From Balanoglossus misakiensis (Eukaryota > Animalia > Hemichordata), in assembly GCA_040954595.2 (NCBI GenBank), contig CM082578.2, positions 15,360,998 to 15,424,997 on the forward strand: 64,000 nucleotides of DNA. The letters run 5' to 3'. The translations under genes were made by a program, and so were the position numbers. Position 1 is the stretch's first letter. Every line of letters starts with the position of its first letter. Below are positions 1 through 11,700 of the stretch, one piece after another. Under the pieces are notes generated by a model. The model did no database searches. It saw nothing but the letters and a program-made list of their open reading frames with translations, and had not been told where the DNA came from.

Positions 1-7
1 GATATGT

Positions 8-67
8 AGACAGACAGACAGACAGACAGACTGACTGACTGACTGACTGACTGACTGACTGACTGAC

Positions 68-94
<27 letters not shown>
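8..94. repeat. Compound microsatellite (AGAC)n-(TGAC)n-(TTTA)n at the 3' end of an FGD intron
   Basis: Seen directly: AGAC units ~8-31, TGAC units ~32-70, TTTA units 71-94, followed by a pyrimidine tract and the acceptor AG at 118-119. Confidence 0.95.
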
Positions 95-99
<5 letters not shown>

Positions 100-119
100 C
101 ATTTTCTTTCCTCTGCCAG

Positions 120-3100
120 GGTGGTGAGGATAACAGTTCATTTGTGCTGGGTAAAGAAGCTCCAGTGTGGATTCCAGACAGCAGAACCACCATGTGTACT
201 CTCTGCACGTGTGACTTCACCATGACCTGGAGACGACACCATTGCAGAGCTTGTGGAAAGGTAATTCTTGTGCTTGGTCAGCTGAGACTGGTTTCAAAAC
301 TGACTTATTTTTTGGATGAAGTCACTTATAATTCTTTATTTTACTTTGAATTCTTTACAGATTGTGTGTGGACACTGCTCATCCAGAAAGGCAGAGTTGG
401 AATATCTGAATTTCTCCATGGAGAGAGTGTGTGATATGTGCTACGACACCTTCCACAAGCAAGATGAAGGTAAAAGAAATGTTAATGATGCATCTGTGTA
501 TTGTGAGGTCCTGGAAAATTAAGAGTACCGGTAGAATACAAGTAAATATTGACATCATGTGCAAAGTTTCTACTCAAGTGAGAGAGGTTAATTGCCATGC
601 TTATAGTGTCAACTTCCTTGTCCTTTTTTACCAAGATGAAGTGCTGTGCTAATTTTCACTTTCATTCATTCATTCATTCACAGAGGACGGTCGAGCTGCT
701 ATACACTTGGGAAGTTCAACATCCAAACCTGAATCCAAAGGCATTGTGGGTCTCTTTATGAATAAGATATCCAAAACTCCAGTTCAAAGGTCAAAAGTCT
801 TAACTGAGGTAAGTCAAACCATGCATAAATGAGGGTACATGTATTTCTCATCAGCTGTGACATAATTCTTTGTAAGTTCTGAGTGGTCAGTTTTGGTCAA
901 GTTGGGAAGATATTTGTTTTGACAAGCTTTCTACCCAGTCTCAAAACGTCTTATAAAAACAGGTCCAAGCCCATGACAAAGACATTGATATGAGCGGATA
1001 CATCAGCAGAAAGGCCAAGAAAGACTGGGAGAGGCTGTGGTATGTCTTGAAGGAAAAAGTTTTGTACACATACAAAGCCAGTGAAGATGCAGCTGCCATT
1101 GGAAGTATGCCTCTGCTGGGATATGAAGTTCAACTTGCCAAGAAAGTGAGTATAGAAAATCTTTCCAATGCTTTTCAGAGATTGGAAACTCGAGCAATCT
1201 TTCATATTAACTGCATATTATTTTGTTATTAGGTGAAAGGAGCAGAATCAGGAACAGCGTTTCAATTGTATCATGAGAGCAGTAAGAAAGTGATTGTAGT
1301 GTTGAAAACAGAGAGCAAAGCCAATACTGAGAGGTAAGGACATATTGAATGTGGCCCTCTAGTGGGCATTACAACTAGCCTTTTGTTTACACACGTCAGT
1401 TCCTGTTCCTGTTTGTAGAGACCAGAAAAAAACGTTTTTACAAATCACTGCTTTGCACTCAGCCCTTGTGAAGCTTTTATGGCTTCTTATTCAGTCGTCC
1501 AAAGGCGGATGCAGGAAAAAATCACAAAGAGAAAATAGCCGGAAAATAGGACACGCACATGATTTCAGAGTACCTGATGCTGTTATTAAAAGGAGGAAAC
1601 CCTACAATATTTCTACAAGGTTACATTTTACTCATTTTAAGAAAATCTCCATAATTACTAGTTCCAGTTACACAAGAGGGGGAGTGATTATAAAAAAATG
1701 TTCGGCAGTATCCTGTGTGTATTGACCTTTCAAAAAAACATTACAAGTATAAAGATAATCTCTGTCAACAGCTCAGATTTTTTTCACCTGCAATTGTACA
1801 ATCAGGTTTCATATGTACAACAATTATCTAGACAATTTACATTTCTTTTTGGAAGGAAAATTTGTCAGTGGACAAACCATGCATGAAAATCCCATTTAAA
1901 ATTACAAAATGACTATATATAGTCCAACAAGTGTGTTATTGAAGCAATTGCTATTTTAATTTGGATGATAGTTTGTTTTCATGCAGTCCCCATAGCAATG
2001 GCATAAACAATAAGGTCATAGTTCATCAAATGTACATGTGGACAGCTCTGTTGCTAAGGTACCTGTAATGGTTACCATTATATTGTTGGTAGATACTGTC
2101 AATAGAAAGGTACTTGTCTGTCTGTGATCACACATTGAAATTTAACACAAATACAAGACTTATCTTGTACAGATATACAGTCTGTAGGTTATCTATGATT
2201 CAAGTAGAATGGCAGATACATCTATTCATTGTTTGAAATTGTTACTTGAATAAACCTCAAAAAGTCTGAGGGGATTATAATTTGTATTTAACGGAACAGT
2301 GGAATAAATATCACAAATGTAGAAATTGTGAATGGCAGTTTTGATGGTAAGGCATTTCAAGTGGTAGTTTGTTTTTGAATTTGTGGTGCATTTTATTTGC
2401 ATTCAGATGAGTCTAGACTTATCATCTGAAGGAGATAATACCAAACAATGAACAACATGAAAATGTAAAAGAAGGTCACCCCGGGGCAAAAGTCGTGGTA
2501 TTAACCTTGACCTTCATAATGTCGATGAACCCCACACACAATCACACATATGCTTCTGCCTTTACTGTTGTGGAGTTCATCATTTCTATCATTTTGTATC
2601 GTATTTGTTTATCCGTAATCTTAATCGTGTTACCAAAACATTGTTGCCATCACAGATATCATGATGTCAGAAAATAGTCAACACCTGTATTATATCTAAG
2701 ACAAAAATTCCTTGATTGATAAAAAAAAATTAAAGGACCATAGAGAAACAAAAATGTTACACCTTTGCTCATATCAGTGACATGTTTTGCCAAAATGAAA
2801 GACAGTCAGCCATTGTTTCGTGATTTTTTGTTTGCCTCAGTAAGTATTTTGCAGTACTCAAGTAATACTGCAGATAAATTCTGAAGTGTTGACCTTTGGT
2901 AACACAAAATTTATCAAACTCAAATAGGAAGAAATACAATCAATGAGTAATAAGATCTTGTCAATTATTGAGAAAATCTGTTTGGTTGAAATACTGATTA
3001 TGTTTAATACTCAACTAATAAAAAAATAAGTCCATGTTGTTTATCAGCACTTGTATTGGGAAGGAAATGGTAACCAAGGTGACAGATTACTACTGTCCTG

Positions 3101-3189
3101 TCTTAATTTTTAAGAATTGTGACTCTATCTACTTTTTTTCCATTTCTTTCAGGTGGATTGCAGCAATTGAGAAGGCCACACGTCTTTGA
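120..3189 (+). CDS. FGD6: FYVE, RhoGEF and PH domain-containing protein (FGD5/FGD6 type), 3' portion only: FYVE finger plus C-terminal PH domain
   Basis: Six GT-AG exons in continuous frame: 120-260, 361-469, 684-808, 963-1145, 1233-1333, 3153-3189 (TGA). They encode [66 protein letters not shown] (FYVE motifs WxxD, RRHHCR, RVC) and a PH domain [33 protein letters not shown]...[12 protein letters not shown]. This closely resembles the FGD6 C-terminus. The 5' exons lie outside the window. Confidence 0.88.
661..680. repeat. (TTCA)5 microsatellite directly before an FGD splice acceptor
   Basis: ttcattcattcattcattca followed by CAG (681-683) and the exon starting at 684. Confidence 0.9.
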
Positions 3190-5113
3190 TATCGTTTGGC
3201 GACACGACAAGATTGAAATAAAATTCACCAATGTACATGTTGCTCATCATGTTGATCAGAGACCTGCACCCAGAAATCCAATGTCAGAGAAATTAGCTAC
3301 TTATGCGTATATCCAAGGTGTTTTCGTATTCAGCTGTGTTGCTGAAGTTTCCAAGGCGTTCACTCTGAAAGTGACAATGACCATTCTTTCCACCTTTGAA
3401 ACTAGTCTAGTAATCCTCAAACAATTACCACAGTTGTCTGAGAGCAGTTCATGAATCTATTGTGTCCAAGGGATTGCCAAGTGTAATTATGTACTAGTTA
3501 AAGCCTAACACTCATGCTTGAGTGACGCTATGGATTTAAGACATTGTCATTACCAATACTAGTAATCCAAGCAAAACATCAAAGTTAGTAGCTCATATTA
3601 TAAACCACAGCAGGACTGATAAATAGAGTGTAAATGATAAATCTTGCTAGTTTTATAAATCTTATGTAACAAGACAAATGTTTTTATTGTTTTCGAAAAA
3701 TGGATCAGGGTTTCCTTCATGGGGAGGGCCAAAAAGACAGTAGTGTTGTAAAATAACTTTTGTAAGTCAAGATCTCACAAGGATATGGCCAACTTGTGTA
3801 CATGTGTGTGTAAATACAGATCAGAGTATATATTTTGACAGCATACTGGACCAATCCAAGACTTTTTTGCTTTAAATATGAATCCTGATGAAATTATTTT
3901 TCTAATAGATGCGATAAAATTCAAAACATGTCTATTGAAAAGAATATATCGATGTACTTTACCATTTTAAAATTTTTACAATGAAATTTTTGAGAAGATT
4001 TGTAATAACAAAATTAATATTTGTAATCAATTTCAGCAATAACAGACATGTATAATTTTCATGAAGTGGTGAATAATGAAAGAAATGCTATTAGAAAGTA
4101 TAAATATTCCTGTGTAATTTTCAATAAACTGAGAAAGTGTTGTTTTTTTAATCAAAGGGCAGTCATGGCAAATGTGCACCTTTAATATTGTTTGTATACA
4201 AGACAGTAGGTCTTCATTTTAACAGATCACTCCGTTTGCTTAGTGCTATTCCTATTATGGATGGTAGACTGAGTTAACACTAGCCACCTTTTCTATTGAT
4301 CAGTGCAAAAGGCTTTTATCAGATCTGACACTGGTGTGTGGATGTCTCCATGCTGACAGAGCAACAGTTTACAAAACTGCGGCAGGTTTTTGTATTGCTG
4401 TGTTCTTGTCAGGCATTGTTGATAATTGCAGGTATTTTCCAGGGTGCAGTTCATGAAAACAATCATGAAAAAATTCATGAACTGAATGAAGTTCAATTTT
4501 GTGCCGAACATTGTATAGGCTTTTTAGTAAATTCTCAATAACCAAGTCAGTAAATAAAAGCTTTAACGGTATGACATTCTAAAATAACATTTTGGATTTA
4601 GATTTCAATAAAGCAAAATATTGTTCAAAATGTAACTCAGAATTATTTACTGTAGTTTGAATCTTTATACATGAGAATGTATTGTGCCTTAAAGAGTAAA
4701 TTGACATTCTGTAAATTCTTAGGTAAAGAGTTTGCATATATATATAATTTGGGGGAATTCCACTGTCTTCATGGGTTTCATTAAAAAAAACAGTTGTGTA
4801 ATATCGGAACAAATCAGTCTCGCTGTCTTTTGGTACTGTTCAAGAGAAGGTCGAAAAGGACAAGGGAAACACCTAGCTATTGCCATGGAAACAAACATTG
4901 CATTGTTCTTTAGTTGAGAAGTCTTCTAGGGTGATTTGTCTTTGACAAAAGAAAACGGGTGAAGTCTTGAACATCTGTGTCTAGTCAACCATAAAAAACG
5001 CTGCTTTGTGACTGACATAATGAAGATTCCTGCACAGACATGGCTACTGAAGTCTTTTTTTTTAGTGACAATGCGGTCTTCTGTGCACTGGGGTGTGACC
5101 TGAATACCTGCTC

Positions 5114-5167
5114 AGGACAGATGTCACATGACCTGTCTGTAGGACAGATGTCACATGACCTGTCTGT
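5114..5167. repeat. Perfect 27-bp tandem duplication of an internally palindromic unit
   Basis: aggacagatgtcacatgacctgtctgt occurs twice (5114-5140, 5141-5167). Each unit contains GACAG...CTGTC arms around GTCACATGAC. Confidence 0.95.
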
Positions 5168-6164
5168 CCCGCACAGGACTGCCTGGTTACCATGGAATGT
5201 AGCTCATACAATAAAACAATTTGCAAGTCTAGGTATTGTGTCCTATTTACGACCAAGTCAGCCAAGTAAAGTCGAAGTCTCATTCACCTTTAAGAGGATG
5301 AATTCCATTCACAATGAAAATGACTGTTGTTAATTACCAGACTTGAATTAGGCGAGTCAAGTGATGCTGATTAATGGCCACTGTTTGTTAGACTTAACAT
5401 GTGTTTTTTAATTTAATCAATGTTCATGAAGTGTAAAACAGTTGACAATTTGAACTAAAAGTAGAATTTTAATTAAAACTCAAGTAGGAAAAAGACTGCT
5501 CAATTACAATATAGAATCAAGTTCACTTTTTTTACTTCAACAAAAGTGAAGATTATTTGGGTGTTTTTTTTTCAAATTACTCAGAAACTGACACTTCTGA
5601 TGTGAATATTTCTCACTGGGCAGATGATAATAATCCATGGAAATGACAATCTGATGTATGAAAATATCGCAATTGAAGATACTTATGTTATATTTTGATA
5701 TTTATTTGACTTGTTTGCAGACTTTTTGTTTTGTTTTCTCCCAAGATCTGGTTTGGTGAATTTACTTTAATACTGCCAAACATGATTTATACTTGGTAGT
5801 ACATGGTGTCTTTTTATATGCTCTACTGTTTTGAATATTAAAGATTCTTGTGCAAGATTTTCTCTCGCAGAAATTAAACAATTTGGTTAATTTTACATGT
5901 TTATGCAAATCAACAGTTTGTGGATACTGAAACAGAACTCAACCTTTATTTTTTGTCATGTATTAAGTGATGTTTTCATATTTCTGTTTAGAAAATTCAT
6001 GGCATTGAACTTTGTATTATTTACACAAATGACAAAACGCTTGGTTGCTTCTATCCCATCACATTTGGTGGGACGCAGGTTTTACAAGCAGCAATACTCT
6101 AATAGTTGATTCGTTTTCCCATTGCATCACCTTTGAATGGAATTTAGCATTTACTCAAAGAGCT

Positions 6165-6170
6165 AATAAA
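6165..6170 (+). other. Candidate poly(A) signal ending a ~3-kb FGD 3' UTR
   Basis: AATAAA followed about 25 nt later by a GT-rich tract (gttgtgtgtgtgtttg). Other AATAAA hexamers occur upstream, so this assignment is an inference. Confidence 0.4.
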
Positions 6171-7265
6171 CATTAATAGATACCAGTACTTCAGTTGTGT
6201 GTGTGTTTGATTTGGGCTTGCTTGTGATGGTGAAGCAAGGCTGTCAAAGGACAGACTCATTTGAACACCAAAGTTCAATCATTTTACACCAAAGCACCTC
6301 GAAGGGGGACCAATCAAGTCATGCTTTTTCTCTGAAGTCTAAATTTACATCGACAATATGACAAGACATAAAATTCCCCTATTCAGACCCACGCCTATTA
6401 TGTTAACAAAGATGTAAGCTATTCACACTTACAAATAAAGAAAAGCTACTTTGATAGAAAGAATCCATAGAGTCTCTATGCTGTGTAACATCGACAATGG
6501 AATTCATCTTGAACACTTTAGTGTGAATTCGTATACAAAGAGTTAATTATTCCACCAACTCTAACTAGTAATGTTCTCTTCCAATATCATTGAGTCGCTG
6601 TGGCTTTGAATCCAATAGCTTTTTGGTCAGCATTGTTTGGGACATAATAGTCTTCCTCCTACTGTGGGTGCATCTACTGGCGAGGCTGATTCCCAGCCTT
6701 CATGGATCGATCACTGCTCCTTACTTTTGTTGGCGTACATGTATATTGTGTATAACCATTGTTGCGTGGATGTTTGTAAAGCGTATAAATTCTATGGGAA
6801 AATGTCTGAGGCATTTAGTTGCTATGGTCAAATACTGAGCAGAACTTGTATCCCGGGATGCAACTAATTTTTGCTGCAACAATTGGTTAAGTGTTTAACA
6901 CTCACTTGTCGTCAATTAAGTCATTATTACATTTTTGTTGGAATTCCAAGTAAAACTCGATGTTTTCTCACTGGACACCAGTGTCTCTATCTATGCCTTG
7001 ATAGAATCCATTATGGTAGTGACCTAGCTTACAAATGTAATTGTTGAATCACGGTCAATCCACACAGACCATGGTTGAATAAACTCTGCAACTACTTCAA
7101 CACGCCCACAGAATTCAAACTGTGACTGTGAGGCCATGCGTAGTTTTCGTATTCATGTCATGGAATGCTTAGAGGTGTTAGTACCAAACCCTGCTTATTT
7201 TTAATTTAAAAAAAAAATTGATTGCTACAACACAAGAATGAACGAACTACATGGTCCACTAGTTT

Positions 7266-7363
7266 TAGGCCTTTATGCACGATGCGACATCGGGCAAAGC
7301 TGAAATCCCGACAAAAAGGTTCTCTTCGTGAACGAACACGTTTTAGTCTTACGTAAAGGCCTA
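7266..7363. mobile_element. ~94-bp MITE-like element with imperfect terminal inverted repeats and TA flanks
   Basis: Left end TA|GGCCTTTATGCACGA, right end TCTTACGTAAAGGCC|TA. The outer 10 bp match perfectly and there are a few inner mismatches. Confidence 0.5.
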
Positions 7364-8514
7364 ATGCATTATTAGTTGACGGAGAGCTACCAAGAAAATG
7401 GTGTATTTTGTCACAATATACGCTTATAAATGTAATATAATAAACTTATAAAGATATTTCATAACTTCCAGACACAGGAACATCGAAACTCCAGCCGTCA
7501 GAACTGAAAAAACGTGGATCTAAATTAGGGCCTATTATAGAACACAGAACAGAAGTTTATCACGGAGCCCACAAAATAAAATAAAAACTTGTATTTGGCA
7601 CAGTGCAAACCCCAGAAAATGACAGTGTTAGACCCATCTATTAACCCAAAACGTCTACTCGTATGCCTACTAGTTTTTTTTCGCTCCCGGCCTGTTTATA
7701 AAGGCCTAGGCGGTGCGCGTGTTTGCTTATTCTTGTTATTAGGACAAAACGACAAGCCGCTGCATACTGCGATCTACAAACAAAGTAGGCCTACTGTTTT
7801 TAAATCATCAAAAAGCTGTTTCCTAAACTTCAACACCTGGTAGGCCTATAGGCCGTATCAACTTCACTTTAAAGGTTAGCGTATCCAAAACCGTTCAAAC
7901 TGCTTGATCAAGCATGTACAGCGTGACATTGAAAATGAACTTGAAAATGCGTGACTCTAGAACTATTCGCAGGAAACAGTTCTGCGACTTTTTTTCGTCT
8001 CTACGAGACATCGATCTTAATGGTTTTCATGCAATCGATGTTTTAGGCCTATTATGGGACATCCATTATAAGAGTTCAGTAACCAATATGTGTGAGTCGT
8101 TTTCAGACAATAGCTCAGGCGTCGCTGTTGTAGTTACCGTCACCGTTGCTGCGTAAATATGTACCGGTAATTGATCGCAGAGGACCGGATAAGTTTGCTC
8201 GGTTTTAGGACAAATAACAAAGTTTGCTTTAGTCAATGAATTCTAAAGTCCAACCATGCCACTCCTTCTACAGGGGATATCACAGACTGTAGCTTGATGA
8301 AAATATCGTTAATATTAAAGTGACAAAGATTGCGAAATTATTTGTTCTTTAAGTCCGGCGTCCGAAAGCCCGATATTATTCAATGTACACAAAGCAACAA
8401 TATCGATTATGACCCGACCCTCAACAGAGAAACGTCACACTAATCAAGTGTGGCAGGTCAAGCCCCCCATAACCCTCAAACCGCCAATAAAACAGCATTG
8501 TCGTGAATAATAAA

Positions 8515-8595
8515 CCAATCAATAAACACGGATCATGTCACATGACTATGGCGCCGAGAATGAACGCATGCGTCTGCTATCGTCGCCATGACAAC
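8515..8595 (+). promoter_or_regulatory. Proximal promoter of the flagellar creatine kinase gene: CCAAT box, M-box/E-box, NRF1-like palindrome and RFX X-box
   Basis: CCAAT 8515-8519; GTCACATGAC 8537-8546; ACGCATGCGT 8564-8573; GTCGCCATGACAAC 8582-8595. All lie in a locally CpG-rich stretch 130-210 nt upstream of the ATG at 8723. Confidence 0.6.
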
Positions 8596-8722
8596 TTCAA
8601 AGGCGATTCATCCGATTTTTCTGAGGTGGTGTAGTGCGAAAGTTGCAGTTGACTGACAGTGTTGTCAGAAAACCGGAAATATTTGAAAGATTTTTGTACA
8701 GAAGTGAGGAGAAACCGGCAAA

Positions 8723-11700
8723 ATGGGCTGTGGAGGATCCAAGACCGATGGCGGTAAGATTTGTAATGACTCATTTGCTTTGAAAAATTGTATCTCCACC
8801 ACGCTTGTCATGTCAAACGCTGATCATGCATGAAGCGTTGATATGATACAAAGCACTGCATGCATAAAACCACCATTATATGACGTATTGCCTAGTTTTG
8901 AAACGTTTGTTTACGTGTAACACTCTTGAAATACTATTTTTTTTCATATAAACTGATGTTCATCAAACAAAATAAAGTATATGTTTAAATTATGCATATA
9001 TTTGCCGGCGTGTAAATTTGTGCAAGGATGTTTTTGCACGGTGTATGACCTGACCTGCAGACTACACTTCGATCTGTCGGTTGCCATGCATGTCACACGT
9101 ACACTGTTCCGTTTCTGGTTCATGTTTTCTCGAATCTAGGAAATTTGTAATTCACTTTTTTACTTTTGTTCTGTTTTCAGGAATGGGAAAGTAAGTAAAC
9201 CTTTAAGGCTTGCAACTTCTGTCGACATATCCCCTTTGAAGCCACAGATGAAACGACCCCCTTCGTACAGCAAACTGCAGTGCAGTGCAACAAAGCTAAG
9301 TTTGTCAGGGGGTCCGTTCTATAAAAACAAAGGCTCCGCCGAATTCCGTTGGATAACCAGCATCTAATCACTGTATCTTTTAGATAATCTAAAGCCTAGC
9401 CGTTCGTTCTTTCGCGAACTGCCGATACTTCTTAAGTTTAGGGGGAGTTTGGCAAAACTACGCCCTGGTTTTAGAACTAGGGACGAACTATTCAGCATGT
9501 CTGTAAAACTGACCATTAAACTGGATCCACACACCACGATCAGAAATGGCGGTCACGTACTTAACTGTTCACATATCAGTTTGCTGATAACATGCAGCAA
9601 AGTTTTATAGACAGGTCACACGATCCTTGATGTTGTAGTAAATGTTGACTGACCAACAGTCAATACTTCTCTCAAAAGCTTAAATCATAATCCCCCTATG
9701 AAGTTGAAATTTAATATTTGACTGGATTAGTTAAATAAGGGGTTCCACGGGGAGGGGGGGGGGGGGGTTGTTCAGTAGTTAAAAATAAAACCATATACAT
9801 TAAGATACCCGTATGATACTTGTGTAACTAAACTTGCACTGAATTTAAATCTTTGATGTAAAGTTATTTCCTAGTATTTTTTAACCAGTCTTTGTAGAAA
9901 TCACTGTATAAATGCAAGTGTAAAGCATAGTGTAATTTGAGTTCAAATTTCACTGTCACTCGTGGGAATAAGTGCTTTAAGTGGGTCATGCTGTCATTAA
10001 GAGTAACTGTCCATTGCAGTTTGTCCATGTCAACTAGATATGTTTAATTTCAACACTCATTATTTGATAACTTTGTTGAAAGTGAAGTACATACTGTTGT
10101 CTCATAGGCTATTAAACTTCATATAGTGTTAATTTTAATAATGGAAGACAATCATTTCATGACATTCCACTTAATTTATTATTTTCATGTACTTAGCCAC
10201 CTCTCCCACAATTTCTTTATAAAATATTCTTTTTTAGTTTTAGTTTTTAGAATATATTGTTATTTTATGATTGTACAAGGAAGGATGCTGATACAAGGCT
10301 GTATCACATGTTCAGCATTATTCAATTTATTGCATGGTTATCGCTGGTCCTACACCTTCCTGCTAGTGTGTGCATTGTAATTTAAAAAAAATAAAGGTTA
10401 AATTGATAATGAACAAATATGGCTTTCTTTAAAAAAAGAAATATTTAATTTTTTTTATTTTCAAAGTATTGCAATTTTTCTATGATTTAATGAAGATAAA
10501 TTGTCTCAGCTAGTTACATATGTAAGAATTTCCTGCTAGTAGCTGCAATTGCATTTTGAGTTGCCTCTGCATTCCTAACCTCTGTTGCTATAGCAACTAA
10601 CAAATTGGCTTTTTTTCCCCTTTTTGCATTCTGTTATACCTCCAGTGCAGACAAAGCCGGGTATGTGAACATTTTGAATTGCATGCTATATTAGAGATAA
10701 TTTGTAGTGAACTGTAGGTTTTGATATTTATTAACCATATTTTTATTATTTTATAGTAAAATAAATAACATAGTATTATTAGAGTACAATTGTAAATGTT
10801 TATGTTTGAAAAGTAGATTTAATGATCTCAAGACAGTAATAAAATGAAATAGATCTGTGACACAAGTCTAATCTATTCTATTTTATAGTCTTGATAGGAA
10901 TGTCAAATAGCATAATGTGTGTGTAATAGTCATTTGGCCATAGTTATAGAATTCTGTTTTTGTGCCATCTCAACATCGTTCATTTGGCATGAAACTTCTA
11001 CATTTGTTGGCACAAAGTCCTCTAAAATGAAGTCATGAGCATACAAACAAATATAATTCAATTACTATGACTGTAGTTTTATAAAATTAAATATTTATAT
11101 ACAGTGTGTATATATCTTTAAAATTATATGTATGTACTGATACTTTCACATGAAGTAACATTTATGTCTGGCAATGGCACAGTATTGTCAACAGGTTGTA
11201 CCTGACATTTCCCATGGAGTTGGGCTCATATTGGAAATGTTAATATTCTAAATTCTGACTCAACTTCACTTAGTTCACATATTTTAAAGAAAGCAGCCTG
11301 TAAAAGTGACACTGGAATCTATATTTTACATTTGTCCATAAATCCAAAATTGTCATTTTCATACTTGTCAGGTGGGTGTCTATTGAATTGTTCAAGAAAA
11401 GCATATGGGTCCTTAAGATTGTGATAAAATCTGCAATAATTTATTTTGGCTGTTTTTGCTATGTCTGGTCATAGGCACTTGATGTTTGGATACATTACTC
11501 TCAGCAACTGCTTAGCTAGCGTTTTAATTCTCTGTAATACTGCTATGTGATGAGAATGTTATAGCTTGGAATATTAGTTTCAAGGTCTCTAGTAATCTTC
11601 TTATCTTGGCTTGTTTAAATTGACAACTTTATAAATTGTGTATTTTAGGATATTTTTTATTTATAAAACGTTTCCTATAACAAGTCAGTTTACTGTTTAA

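Noticed and set aside
9749-9767. Poly-G/poly-C runs (also ~36375-36390, 41839-41849, 59103-59113, 60026-60038) as G-quadruplex elements
   Set aside because: Simple homopolymers scattered without positional pattern; some are probably MITE remnants.
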